The translations under genes and the position numbers were made by a program. The notes below the pieces were generated by a model. The model was not told the DNA's origin, searched no databases, and saw nothing but the letters and a program-made list of their open reading frames with translations. This document shows, one piece after another, positions 1 to 14,715 of a stretch of DNA of 64,000 nt. Numbering within the stretch: the stretch's first letter is position 1; each line of letters starts with the position of its first letter. The stretch lies in NCBI RefSeq assembly GCF_009914755.1, contig NC_060944.1; one strand, given 5' to 3'. Source of the DNA: the human T2T-CHM13v2.0 reference genome, Homo sapiens.

Positions 1-287
<287 letters not shown>

Positions 288-310
288 TACAGCAAAATTA
301 AATACATAAA

Positions 311-328
311 TATATATATATATATATA
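311..328. repeat. (TA)9 microsatellite in 3'UTR
   Basis: Seen directly. Confidence 0.95.
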
Positions 329-369
329 TTTTAGAAAAAAGAAAAAAACAAACAAACAAAAAAACCCCA

Positions 370-725
370 CCCCAGTTGACACTTTAATATTTCCCAATGA
401 AGACTTTATTTATGGAATGGAATGGAAAAAAAAACAGCTATTTTGAAAATATATTTATATCTACGAAAAGAAGTTGGGAAAACAAATATTTTAATCAGAG
501 AATTATTCCTTAAAGATTTAAAATGTATTTAGTTGTACATTTTATATGGGTTCAACCCCAGCACATGAAGTATAATGGTCAGATTTATTTTGTATTTATT
601 TACTATTATAACCACTTTTTAGGAAAAAAATAGCTAATTTGTATTTATATGTAATCAAAAGAAGTATCGGGTTTGTACATAATTTTCCAAAAATTGTAGT
701 TGTTTTCAGTTGTGTGTATTTAAGA
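370..725 (+). promoter_or_regulatory. AU-rich element cluster / conserved post-transcriptional control region of the BMP2 3'UTR
   Basis: Nine ATTTA pentamers (408, 453, 516, 527, 583, 594, 598, 643, 718); miR-17/20/106 7mer-A1 site CACTTTA 380-386; miR-140-5p seed match AACCACT 610-616; Pumilio element TGTACATA 674-681. Confidence 0.8.
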
Positions 726-1006
726 TGAAAAGTCTACATGGAAGGTTACTCTGGCAAAGTGCTTAGCACGTTTGCTTTTTTGCAGTGCTACTGTTGAGTT
801 CACAAGTTCAAGTCCAGAAAAAAAAAGTGGATAATCCACTCTGCTGACTTTCAAGATTATTATATTATTCAATTCTCAGGAATGTTGCAGAGTGGTTGTC
901 CAATCCATGAGAATTTACATCCTTATTAGGTGGAATATTTGGATAAGAACCAGACATTGCTGATCTATTATAGAAACTCTCATCCTGCCCCTTAATTTAC
1001 AGAAAG

Positions 1007-1012
1007 AATAAA
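1007..1012 (+). terminator. AATAAA hexamer (possible polyadenylation signal)
   Basis: Canonical hexamer, but the downstream sequence is purine-rich without a clear U/GU element. Confidence 0.3.
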
Positions 1013-1132
1013 GCAGGATCCATAGAAATAATTAGGAAAACGATGAACCTGCAGGAAAGTGAATGATGGTTTGTTGTTCTTCTTTCCTAAATTAGTGATC
1101 CCTTCAAAGGGGCTGATCTGGCCAAAGTATTC

Positions 1133-1138
1133 AATAAA
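1133..1138 (+). terminator. Proximal polyadenylation signal of BMP2
   Basis: AATAAA followed by GU-rich ATTGTGGT at ~1163; BMP2 is known to use alternative poly(A) sites. Confidence 0.65.
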
Positions 1139-1422
1139 ACGTAAGATTTCTTCATTATTGATATTGTGGTCATATATATTTAAAATTGATATCTCGTGGC
1201 CCTCATCAAGGGTTGGAAATTTATTTGTGTTTTACCTTTACCTCATCTGAGAGCTCTTTATTCTCCAAAGAACCCAGTTTTCTAACTTTTTGCCCAACAC
1301 GCAGCAAAATTATGCACATCGTGTTTTCTGCCCACCCTCTGTTCTCTGACCTATCAGCTTGCTTTTCTTTCCAAGGTTGTGTGTTTGAACACATTTCTCC
1401 AAATGTTAAACCTATTTCAGAT

Positions 1423-1428
1423 AATAAA
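1423..1428 (+). terminator. Distal polyadenylation signal of BMP2
   Basis: AATAAA, variant TATAAA at 1453-1458, and downstream U/GU-rich tracts at 1486-1531. Confidence 0.7.
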
Positions 1429-3512
1429 TATCAAATCTCTGGCATTTCATTCTATAAAGTCCAACCTGTAAGAGAAAATGGTGCATTTGTATAGCGCTTA
1501 CAATGATGACCTTGTGTTTGCATTTTTGTTTCTGAAGTTATATATTTTAGAGGGGGTGGGGGAAAGGTAATGAATGGCTGGAAAATTGCAGGCAAGTTAT
1601 TTGATAAGTCATATTTGCACTAAAGGTGTTACCAGTGATTTAGTATTTTTCAAATGAACTTCTTTGGGGCAGAAAGATTTAAGGGAAAACTAAAGCCTAC
1701 AAAACAAGCAAAACCTGGATAACCCGAGATAAAGTTTCAGAGATAATAGCCCATGCAACAGAGGCAACGGTGCCAGAAAATTAGAAAGGGAAAGTGTCGG
1801 AGATCAGCTTCTATAAGAACATCTGCCAGTTGGACTGACGCCCAAACAGAATGAAGTCAAATTAGGCTGCTCAGATTGAACACTTACCAGAGTGTCAGGG
1901 CTTCTGTACCCTGGGTTAGAATCAGACCAAGGAAGGGTTCAGCAGATGTTCATAAGAGCAGGGCACCCACAACTACCCACTATTTTACTGGCAGTATTTT
2001 AGGTCAGTTTCCAGGACTTTGCATCCCCTCTGATCCTGCCATGCATGATTGGTGAAACCTACTTCTAATCTCCTTGGAATTGGCTAAAAAACAGTGTGTT
2101 TATAATGGAACAGACTGTTATAATCAAATTCTTCCTAGGAATTAACTTTTGATGACTATGAGCTTAGTTACAGTTCGGAGGTTATGAGGTTATGTAAACC
2201 TTATCTTTAAATGTGCATGACAGTTATCTTTTACTAATGCTGGTTAACTTTTAAAATCTTGCAGCTCCTTTTTATCTCTAGTTCTATTGTTCTTGATTAG
2301 GTGAGAACCATTAGACCATACCCAACTGAGGGGATTGGGGTCTTGTTTGTTCTCCAGCTGTTCTTCACCCTCTATTGCCATGGACATGAAGGACAGACTG
2401 CACGGTCTTAACATGTTAAAACGAATGACCCATGTTTTCTCATATTCACATTCTCTAGATGAGAGCATGAGAGTATAGCACAAGAATTTCATCCTTTGGC
2501 AGTTCCATCCACCCTTTTGATTTCTCTGCTTCATTGGTTCTAATATTCTTGGTTAAAACTGTTTTCAATGGTGTCAACTAAAATGTGTTATCTTGCATAT
2601 GCGTATTTAATATATAAAACATAAAATACATAAATATACATCTAAAGATGTATGTAATATGTAGTACATATGTATAGATGCTGGCATTTTCAGTTTAGTT
2701 TCAGAGATTTTATAATCAGACACTCTGACCCTCTTGGAAGCTCACATGAGAAACAATATTTTTACAAACATTCTACATTGTTACAGACATTTTAGCTCAC
2801 AGTCTTCATTCCGAGGAATAAAGAGTCAAAATGAACATAACACTGAATGTCTTTAATTGCACTCACTATTCTATAGGATCCTTGGAATCATTTCAGAGTT
2901 GGCTTTAAAAAGTCCACACATAGTCATTTCTGAATTTTCAGGGGCCCGCCTTTCAAAATCGGTTAAACTGATCATCTGTTTTTGTGCTTGTCTCGACTGC
3001 ATGTGCCCCTCTGGCATGGTTTTAACCTGTATGGCACGTCCGGGTTACCATGTTCATTATTTGCCTTCAAAAATTAGGAAAAGAGAGTGTGGGCAGCTTA
3101 CAGATCTGTCTGTGCTTCCATCTTTTCATAATTTCTACTTAAATCGCAGCTTTAAATTGTACCTTAAGAGGTCAAGAATGGAGAGATGATCTGTAAACCT
3201 GATCTATATAACAAGCTGTATAATCACTACATTACCTAAGCAATCCATATTTTTTCCCTCAATTTATTATTGGAGAGGGAAAATCATGTGCACAATTCAA
3301 AGGGCTTTCAAAAATAGCATATTTCTATGCTACTGGCATATTAATGTTAAGATTCACCGAATGTTTACGTGCCACAGCCTCCTTATCTGTTCTAAGGCAA
3401 AAGGAACATAGCCTTGCAGTCAAGAGCAATTAAAGCCTATAGTAATTGTGGCATAGATTCATAATCCAAGAAAAGTTAAGAATGTCCTGGCGCCATTTCT
3501 CTTCTGTTTTAT

Positions 3513-3545
3513 ATTTATTTATTTATTTATTTATTTATTTATTTT
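3513..3545. repeat. (ATTT)n microsatellite
   Basis: Seen directly. Confidence 0.9.
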
Positions 3546-3737
3546 TGTGCAGGGAACGGGTAGGGTGAAATGGGGGATAAGATGCAGGTCTGCTCAGCTT
3601 GGGTAAATTGCTTTTCCTCTTTCCTCCACCCTGCTGACATAAATTACAGCCTTTTGGTATTCTCCAGGGCAGAATTTTCTGACCATTTCCCTGGCTTGCA
3701 AACTTCAAAGTAAACTTCTACCTAACTTAGGGGACCA

Positions 3738-3951
3738 ATGCTCTAAATAAAACTTTAATTTTAATGTGCATCCGAATTACCAGGAATTCTGTAAGGAGAA
3801 TAAAACTTTAACGTGTATACAGACCCCCGGGAATCATGTTCTATTAGAGATTCTGTTTCAGTGAGTCTGGGTGGGGCCTGAGATCCTGCATTTCTAACAA
3901 GCTCCGAGGTGAAGCCCTTACAGGCCAAAGGACCACAGATTGAGTACCAAG
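3738..3951 (-). mobile_element. MER5A1-like hAT-Charlie MITE
   Basis: GAGATTCTGTTTCAGTGAGTCTGGGTGGGGCCTGAGATCCTGCATTTCTAACAAGCTCC...GGACCACAGATTGAGTACCAAG matches the MER5 consensus. Confidence 0.75.
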
Positions 3952-5687
3952 GCTATAATGAATAGCTTCGCCGTCACTGCAGAAGTTGGACCAAGTTTAG
4001 GCCCCTCTCTAAGCAGCAGTACTTAAAGGAAAAAAAAAAAAAAACAGAAACCAAACCCGTATACAGGATGGCATCTTAATACTTTTCACCGTATCTGAAA
4101 TGATGCCCTACATTTTTTTTTTTTTCAAAGGCATTTTCCCCCCACAAGATGACTGGCAATTTTGTGTTCTAGCCACCCTCAGACATGAAAACACTTGGTT
4201 GCTTATCTTGTAAAATCTGCTCTGCTTGCTTGCTTGGGCATGTATGTAGTCAGTTTAGTCAAATACGTGTCAGTACATCTATGTGGATGGGGAGCAGGTG
4301 CAAGCCCTTAAAAACGTACTTTAAAAAACTTTAACACTTAAGTCAGTCCACTGAGCTGATCCTGTGTGATCTTAGTGCCAAGCGTCTGAGTTTAAAGTTT
4401 TCCCTTTGAAGGCAGCAAATAGATGTCATACATTTGAAGCATTTGTTTATACTAAATATGATGCTTGATTTTTTTTTAAGTTCTAAGACAGTTCACTGTT
4501 CAACACCATTGAGCCTGCAGGGTGGTATAAAGCTTCCAAAGCTGGTATTTGAGGTTTGATTTAATGGATATTGGAATTTTCAATGCTGCAGTTGGCTTCA
4601 AATAAGGTGTTTAACATGGGCTCAGGCTAGAAAAAACAGCGGGAATTGATTTCCTTCTGAGAAAGGGAGTCAGCAAAGAAATAACTTTCTGCCTTTGCTT
4701 GGTGACAGCACCTCTTTGTAAAGTAAAATGTCCTGTGAGGCTCTTCTGTGTAGCAGCCTTATTTTATTTTAAGAAGCACTTGGAAGATTTCTCACAAGTA
4801 ATTCAGATTTGAATATTTGTTGAAGACATGCTGGGATGAATGGATTCCTAATCTCAAATACACCCCTTGTTGTGTGTACATACGTACATATATGCATATA
4901 TGTGTGTGTATGTGTCTGTGAATGTATATGTACATATGTAATGATTTGTTCCTATCTGGAGTCCAAATGCCAAGCATAGGGCACCTTCTTCTGTTTTACT
5001 GAGTTTCTCATTTTGCGTAGGTCTCTGAATTTCGCATTGAGTCCCTCTGAGGTGCTTAAGCAGTACTAAGCAAGACACTGACTTTAACACCACTTAAAAG
5101 CTTGCGTTTGCCCCATGTCCTGGGCCCCACTCCAAGGCATTGCCAGAAGTACATTATTGTTGCAGTCCATTCTGATGAGGAGGTCTCTAAGCAAACCACC
5201 GATCTGCTTAAAGCCTCCCTCATAAGGAGCAGGATCTCATCTGGACTGCATTTACACTGGAACCGCTTGGCCACAACACTATGAGAGAATAATTATTGAA
5301 CTATTTTACTGTACAACTATTTCCAAATTGTTGATTTTTTATTGATTTCAGGAGGCAAGCTAATTGCCCCATGGCAACTTGATGTTAACATTTAATGAAG
5401 ATCAGGAAACACAGTTTATGAAAAGCTTTTGTATAGTAACTGCAAAGTTTCAAGAACTGTTTTATACTTCCTGACAGTGCTGGGCCTAGCTTAATGGTTT
5501 GTTTTTATTGCTTAAGAGTGTAAACCTTGCTTTAGCCCGGTGTGTGGAAACTATACCCTCATCCTGCATTACACATTTTCTCATTGCTTTTTACTCACTC
5601 CTGACTTCCTTTCCTGATATCTACAATTGAGACTTTTTCTGTTTTAATTGTCTCAAAATGAGTTGCTATCTTTGCATGTTGAGAATC

Positions 5688-5690
<3 letters not shown>

Positions 5691-5719
<29 letters not shown>
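5691..5719. repeat. (CA)14 microsatellite
   Basis: Seen directly. Confidence 0.95.
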
Positions 5720-5723
<4 letters not shown>

Positions 5724-6205
5724 ACGCATACATACTCATGAAGTTAAGTGTCTGTATTGTTTCACTTTGTTTTGGGTGGAGTCTCTTTTCGGCACTTGGT
5801 TGCTAGACGACCAAGCAGACAAAAGTTAAAGATTGAAAAGGCATTTTTAAAGATGCCAAATCTTGGCGGCTGAATTATTTTATCTGTGTCTTTCTATGGA
5901 GGGCTTAGTATTCCTACCAGGTTACCATTGCTTTTGTCGGCTAGATGGCTGGTAGAAGATTTTTTTGAAGTCTAGCTCTTAAGGCATTATCTGTTTGAGA
6001 ACTTTGTTAAGTGTTGTTCCCATTTGAGGGAGCACGCTTCCCACCTGGATTGACAAAAAAAAAAAAAAAAAAAAAAGGCCAGCCAGTTTCCAAGGGTGTG
6101 TTTTAAATCACTAATAAAGTGGAGCTCCAGCTCCCAGCTGCTTCAATTGTTTCAAGGCAAGGAGGAAGAGAAAAGGTTGCTTTTGGAGGCACCATTCAGA
6201 TATAC

Positions 6206-6238
6206 AGGCTTTAGTGTGTGGAGGCTTTAGTGTGTGGA
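6206..6238. repeat. Perfect 16-bp tandem duplication (AGGCTTTAGTGTGTGG)x2
   Basis: 6206-6221 is identical to 6222-6237. Confidence 0.95.
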
Positions 6239-7068
6239 GAATACTGTTTCCAGGAAGCTACCGTTGCTTTTTTGGTAGATAGTACTGGAAAAGTTTTTTT
6301 TTTTTTAATTCTTTAAAGCCTAATTTTAAATCAAAGTCATTTGTTCATTTCGGTAAGATGTTTCAGGAGCATGTTATAAATACACAATCTTTATAGATCT
6401 GCCAAGTTAGACATGTGTTCACAAGTTCATCTTGCATGTGTACACAGTTTGTAGCTGACATGCGTTCCTCACTGAGGGCTTCCATTCTTTCTCATTCATT
6501 CTGTGAGATGCTGAATCTTTGGCTCTCCGCTTTGTGGGGTCTGCTGTGCTGGAATTAAGTCACATCTATGGCAAACTTCAGCTACTTTCCTGGTTCATTT
6601 CCAGGCAGGGTTTCCTGGCATGGGGATCAATTAGGGAGCCCTGAGGTGTGCTCATCACAGACTCTCTTGAAAATTAGGATCTTCTGAAACCTGTCTGGCC
6701 TATATATGTAAATTTGACAAAATATTCCTCTGGAAGGAAATCTTACTAACTGACTTAGAAATTGTTCAATCACTCGGTTTAACTGGTAAACCTACAGTCC
6801 TCCAGGACATATCAGTATTGTCAATATTATAATATTACAAACCATGAAAATAATTATGCTTAAACACTGAGGCCCTGAAGTGAACCAGACTACAAACTTA
6901 ATAATAGTCAATCGATAAGCTAAATAGAAATAGGAAAACAGATTCAGGAGAATATTTCAATACTTCCTAATCTCATAGGATGTGGAGCGTGTTTGCTGCC
7001 ACAAGATAGCTCAGCTGAATACTAGAAAATGGGGAGAAATGGAGAAGTTAGGGGTGGTTTTTGGTTAA

Positions 7069-7480
<412 letters not shown>

Positions 7481-8434
7481 CAGAACAGTGATTTTTAATA
7501 CAATTAAACAACACAATCATCCCTTTCTTGGTGATGGTATGAAGCATTTTACCTGCATAGAGCAGGGCCCAGAAGCTCCTTTTGAAGGCTTCCTCTTTAT
7601 TGAACTTTGGAGAAAGAACACTTCTCAGCTGAAAGAGAACTGAAGACTAAGAATTCTAGAATCCTCTCACCAACAGGTGCCCAAAGGAAAATCTTTCTGC
7701 CTGACACACAAGTATCAGATTTTGTATGAATATTATGTTTTGTGGAAATTTATCTTTGGGAGGTTGTCATATTAGACATCTACATGTAAGCTCCAACTCT
7801 TCTCTCTCTTTCGTGAGTACCCTGATGCCTGAGAAGCCCTTTTGATGGCACAGGCAGGTGGAGGCCAGGTTGTTGTAAGGACACTGCTTTTGTGCCTTTG
7901 TTCAGCCTCACCCTTGGTGTGCTTTCGAGTGCACTAAGGTACTATTGAGGATTTGGTACAAGGAGCAGAGAGAGGGCTGCTTGAAATTCCTAAAAGACAA
8001 TCAGGTGCATTCTTGTACATGGCAGGCAATGTTGCAAAGCACTCTCATTCCCAGAACCAAGAGGGAAAGGACACTGAAACTGTGACACTGCCATGAATCA
8101 TGGGAAGATTAGTTAAGGAACTTTTATGAGGGAGGGGACAAGTTTGTGTTTTATGTACTATTTCTGGAAAATTCAAGGAGTGGCAATGTTTCAGTCCCCG
8201 TGATGTGAAAATAAGAACCTTCGTCCAATGGCAGCTGGTGCTGAAATGCAACTTTCTGGAAGTCTCCTGTTTAATGGGTCTGTGAGGTTTTGACCTCTGG
8301 GTCCCAACGGATCCCAGGACCCACAGTGCTGTTCTGTGATAAGGTAAGTTACCTGGTGGTCCTTTTTTCGCAGGAGTAGAAATTGGTATCATTAATCTTG
8401 TCCCCATCACTTACGTAATCCTCAAACAGTGTGA

Positions 8435-8792
<358 letters not shown>

Positions 8793-10396
8793 CAGTTCCC
8801 TTTCTGTTTCTCTCTCCTTTTCTCCGGGTGTCAGGAACTTTTGTGGAGATAAGGAAATATGCTAGGGGAAGAGGAGCTGAAAAAGTCAACCTTATTTGCT
8901 ACAAAGTGAGAGCAATGTGGTCCTGTGTCATCGCAAACCTGAGCGTTTGTTAAACCTGACTGAAGCTGTGCCTAAGATCTCCTGTGAGCGGCCAGTTTGG
9001 ACACAGAACAGGATCCTATTGTGTTTGTCCTTTTCCATGGTAATGCGACTCGGCTTGGGAGGAAGAGTCATTTCACAGGCTTCCCTCGTGGAAAATGCTG
9101 GTGGTGAGGGAGAAATGGCTCTCCTCCCATCCCTGGAACACCAGTTCTGGGATGCTGAGAAGGGCTGCTCCAGCTGGGGGTGGGGTAGTGGGGGCGGGGA
9201 GGGAGCTGGAAATCCACTGGCTTCAGCGGGGTGTAAGCACGGACCAAAGCGCCTCTCCTCTGCAGCCAGAAACAGTGATTCATTTGATTTTAATTTTTAA
9301 CATTAGCATTTTTCTCATGACTCACTGATAATTTAATATGGAATTTAAAAGGTTGAAACAGTTATTTACTTTTTAGGAAATTAAAACATTCCCTAGGTGG
9401 ATATATATTTTCCCTCTGAAACAGAAGATGTACTCGTGGTTGATTAAAAAAAAAAGAAAGAAAGAAAGAAAGAAAGGGAGGAGTGGGCATTTCTCTCACC
9501 CTTCCCTTCCCAGCTCCCAACTGCACCCGTACACCAGTTGATCTCGCTAATGTTGACCGACTATCAGCCAGTCTGTTTCTTCTTATTCTTTCTCTTATAT
9601 TGAATTGCTCAGAAAACTGGGTGAAAATGTCACCCCAGCAAATACTTCCCTACTATCATTTACCTCCTCTGGTCTTCGTTGTAGCAGTATTAAGTGAGGG
9701 CAGTCTTTCTCATAGGTATTTTATGAATCTTGTGAGCTAAGATCCTGCCCAAGATCATAGATCTTTCTGAATAGTTTTACTGAGGGTATTGTAGGACTTC
9801 TGCTGAATGGATGAGGAAAAACCTGGGCTGGCACAAGGATCTTGTCATAACTTAAAAATACACACATACAGTTATTCTCGCTAACTTTCTGATATTAAAT
9901 GCAGTTGTAACTGGGAAATTTGCTATATAATAATGGGTTGTAATAAAAAATGTGATTCATCCAACAGCTCCCACTTCATAATTTTTTGCATATCTGCAGA
10001 ACAACACCAATGAACTGATGCTCAGAAACTTACTTTAATGAATAGGTAATAATTATTCTAAATCGGGATAGCAAGGATATTTTTGTGCCATTGCACAATG
10101 CCAAGAACATTCTCAGGAGTCTAGGCATTTCCACTGGAAACTTGCATATTCATTCTGATGACTATAATAAAGAGGATATGGTAGATCTCTGCACAGAGGA
10201 TCCTTTCCCCATCATCCTTCCTGTCTTCCAGTTCTGTTCTCCAGGAGAATGTATTAGGAAGGGAAAAAGCAAACGGAAAGCAGGGTGCTCCAGTTCTCAG
10301 TATTTGCCTGCATGCTCAAGTTAGTTGTGAGATGTGGCTCTCAGCATTTTATACTAAAATGAAATATCATATTTTATGCATGATATCCTTAGAACA

Positions 10397-10712
10397 GAAC
10401 TGTGCAAAACAGTAGCCACTAGCCACTTGAGGCAATTAAACACTTGAAATGTGACTAGTCCAAATTGAGATGTGCTGTAATTGTTGAATACGCACCTGAT
10501 TTCAGAGTTAGTATGAAAAAAAAAAGATGGAAGATGACACATTAAGAATTGCTACATTGATTTCACAATGAAAGGGTAATATTTTGGATATAGTAGGTTA
10601 AATAAAATGTATTTTTAAAATTTATTTTATCATTTCCTTTTATTTTTTAATGTAGCTACTAGAAAATTTTAAATTACACGTATGGCTAGTATTATGTTTC
10701 TGTTGGACAGTG
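10397..10712 (-). mobile_element. MER33 (hAT-Charlie MITE)
   Basis: GTAGCCACTAGCCAC...CACTTGAAATGTGACTAGTCCAAATTGAGATGTGCTGTAA...CTACTAGAAAATTTTAAATTACA...TTGGACAG. Confidence 0.8.
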
Positions 10713-10911
10713 GTTAGTTAGAGCAATAAATTAGAGTGGACTCGCATCACTTGCGTTCATTTCCAGACTGATGGAGTTTCTCAGGTGACAGTGAAAATGA
10801 TGAAGGTAGAGCCAACACTTACATAGAAATTCGCGAATAGCTATAGGACCCCGACAAAGGTTAATGATGTTCATCTACTGTGTCTTAGCAGAGAAAAAGC
10901 TGGGAGCCATC

Positions 10912-11115
10912 GACATGGTAGAAAGAGAACTGGCTTCACGTTTTGGAAGTCTGTGTTGCACTCCAGCTTTGCAGGTTGCTAAATGCATGTCCTTCGGGAG
11001 GTGGTTTAACCTATCAGAGCCTCAATCTCTTTGCCTTTAAAACAGATTATTCTAGTGCTTTCTATTTCATAGGATATTTTTTAGAACGGATGAGACAATG
11101 CTTGTAAATGTATCA
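10912..11115 (+). mobile_element. MIR
   Basis: Degenerate core TTTAACCTATCAGAGCCTCAATCTCTTTGCCTTTAAAA...TTCATAGG...ATGAGACAATGC. Confidence 0.6.
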
Positions 11116-11165
11116 TTGTTCAAAGTAAATATGGTTTATAAAGTGAAAATTGAGTAAGTGGACCC

Positions 11166-11699
11166 TGTATTAGGTGTCTATTACTGCAAAACAAGTTACC
11201 TCAAACTGTGTGGTTTAAAACAAGCTTTTATCAACTCACGTATTTTCGAAGGGTTAAGAATTCAGGAGTATCTTAGCTGGGTGGCACTACTACCTCAGAA
11301 TCTCTCAGGACATGGCAGCCAAGGTGTCAACCAGAGCTAAAGTCATTTGAAGACTTGAGCTAGGCCTGGAAGATTTGCTCCTAAGATGGTTCATTCAACA
11401 TGGTTGTTGCCAAGAGGCCCCTGTTCCGTCCCCCATGGGCCTCTCTATATGGATGCTTGAGTGTCCTCATGACACGGTGGCTAATCTCCCTGCAGTATTA
11501 AACAATAAGAGAGAATAAAGAGGAAGCCACAAAGCCTGTTTGCCTCAGTCTCAGAAGTCAAACACTGTCACTTTGACCTTATTCTATTAGGAGCCACTAA
11601 ATCCAGTCAAGTCTCAAGGGAAGTGGGAAGGGGTATTGACTGAACCCCACCTTTTGAAGAGACTGTCAAAAAATTTGTGACATATATTTCACCTCCACA
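11166..11699 (-). mobile_element. MLT1-family MaLR LTR (MLT1H-like)
   Basis: TG...CA ends; AAACAAGTTACCTCAAACT...GAATTCAGG...CTTAGCTGGGTGG...CTCAGAAGTCAAACACTGTCACTT motifs. Confidence 0.7.
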
Positions 11700-11814
11700 G
11701 ACCTTTACCATCTAAAAGTCGATGACACAATTTGGATTATTCTCATCATATCTAACTAAATCAGCATCGAGGAACCAAGGGAAAAAAGCACTTGGGGCAC
11801 ATAGCACCCAATTC

Positions 11815-12167
11815 AAGAATTATCCTCAAACCCAGCTACTGAAAGGGGCTGCTGTAACCTTAACACCAGTTTTACCTCACGGCTGTTGAAGTGACCCACT
11901 ATGACTCTAAGAGTAATTTTACCTAAAGCCATCACTCACTAATCAGAGCTTGCCAGCTCCCAGAAACTTGCTAATATTAATGAGCATTTTTTTTCAACAC
12001 AATACAGAACGTTTCTCTTTTTAATAAAACTCCCAACCTTCTCTTTGTTCTTTGGACACAACAGAGACCACCATGGTCTATGTGTATGCCCCAAATTGCA
12101 ATTCTATGATTCCCAAATAAAATATTGAGTTTAGAGATTTGTCTCTATATTTTATTTGATGTTGACA
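11815..12167 (+). mobile_element. ERV1-class LTR fragment (MER34/MER39-like)
   Basis: 3' end CCCAAATAAAATATTGAGTTTAGAGATTTGTCTCTATATTTTATTTGATGTTGACA. Confidence 0.55.
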
Positions 12168-13833
12168 ACCACATTTGAAAACAGGAAAAAAAAACTGTTT
12201 CTATAAGGGATTGAGCTCATGGCCTAGTTGTCTTCAGAGTAGAACAAACTTTTGGTTCTGTTGGAGTCTCTGAATAACAAAATCTCCAATTGAACTTCAC
12301 ATTCATTAGAACTAACAATTTGAATACTTTGCCCATCATTAACCATAATTCATTTTTTGAGATACAGCAGAATAGCCTCCTGGAGTTCTAACTCCTCTCT
12401 CTTCCCAAGCAAAGGAGCTCCTGCAGAATCCATGGATTCAGTAATAAGCATGAGAAGAAAGACGTAATTGTGCCGCAGAAGTCAGGAGGCCATAGGAGCA
12501 GGTTGGGAATGACTGTGGTTCTTGAGCCTTTCGCCTACCACTGCCCCTTCTTCATACCCTTGAGCAGCCTTTCTTTTTTTAATCAATGGAGATTTTAAGA
12601 AGAGGAGACTGCTTTCCTAGATTTCAGAATACATGTGGAAGCATTTTATATTTCCCTGCTCTACTGTCTTAGTGTATAGGGAATTTTACTGGTATCTGGA
12701 TTAAATTAAGTCCTTGGTCTTCCTTATCCCCTCTTTGTCCTAAAGCTGTCTCCCTAGCTAGAGAACATTTATTTTGGGAAAGCCTTTATGATATTAAAAC
12801 TCATCCTATAGTACCTGTCTTATTTGCAGGTGGACAAAACATTTCCCTTGGCCCTTTGTGGAAGGTTGACTATTGGATGTCTGTTTCTTTCCTAGAAATT
12901 GTGGTTTTTTTCTCCTTTTTTGAGTTTTGATACTTCCCAGAGGAAAAGAAACTCATAATATAATAACTACCACTCAGAATTCTCCCTATTCTAGAAAAAT
13001 ACAAAGTAAGATGGACCTTTCTCCCTATATTTCAGGGACATTTAAATGAATAACACCAACAACTTGATAGAAACTTCTTTCACTTGAGAGGAAACACAAG
13101 AAAAATATAAATCAGCAGAATACTGATATGCATGTTAAAATTTTGGAGTCAAAAAGAAAAATAATTGTAGGCTGGGTTTATATTTTTGAAATATTTAGGT
13201 TCAAGATTTACCATGTCAGCAGGTGTGGTGCCAATCTAAACTACCTTTTGAAGTGAGCTTAAATACCAACTAATTAATTGCAAAACTAATATTCTTGAGA
13301 ATCTACAAAAAAAAAAAACCAGAGTCTTTACCAATAAATAAGTAAACATACTGATCAGTGAATAATTACTAAACACAATATGCTGTAAAGGAATCAGGGC
13401 ACTGAGCTAGAAAATACCAGGTACCTATTTAGGATGATCCCTCCGAGGAAGTCAGCAAGCTGGAAGTTCATGGAAGAGAAAGAGACCTGCTAAGCCAAGT
13501 GTTTGGATATGCGAAGGTAGGCAGAAGGGAGCATTCCAAGCCTCTGTGTGCCCCCAAAATGTTATGGAGTGAAATAGTTTGATGTCAGTGAGGAAGAGGG
13601 AGAAGGCCATGGTAGGAGGAGCATCTTGATCATGAAGAGAGGAATAAAATAAGACCAGAAGGTAAACAGAGCTCATATCATATCACTCTGCTATTCTAAA
13701 TCTGCTGGAAAGTTATTTAAGGCATATGAAACAAGGGTGAAATGAGATGTAATGAATTTTTTTAAAAGGTACCATGACTGCTCGTGGAGAATAGATTGAA
13801 TAGGAAAGGAGAAATGGAGAATGATTAGGAAGC

Positions 13834-14715
<882 letters not shown>

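Larger units (their letters stand above)
288..1450 (+). other. BMP2: BMP2 3'UTR
   Basis: AU-rich sequence directly after the stop, matching my recollection of the human BMP2 mRNA 3'UTR; ends shortly after AATAAA at 1423-1428. Confidence 0.9.

Noticed and set aside
890-985. Apparent single-base differences from the BMP2 mRNA as I remember it (~895, ~982)
   Set aside because: Relies on memory and cannot be verified without alignment; probably common SNPs.
4113-4560. Poly-T followed by UTR-like unique sequence (possible antisense retrocopy)
   Set aside because: No polyadenylation signal next to the tract on the minus strand, no TSD, and no parent gene recognised.
8896-9328. Overlapping 134/77/71-aa ORFs
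   Set aside because: Locally GC-richer sequence has fewer stops; no homology recognised.
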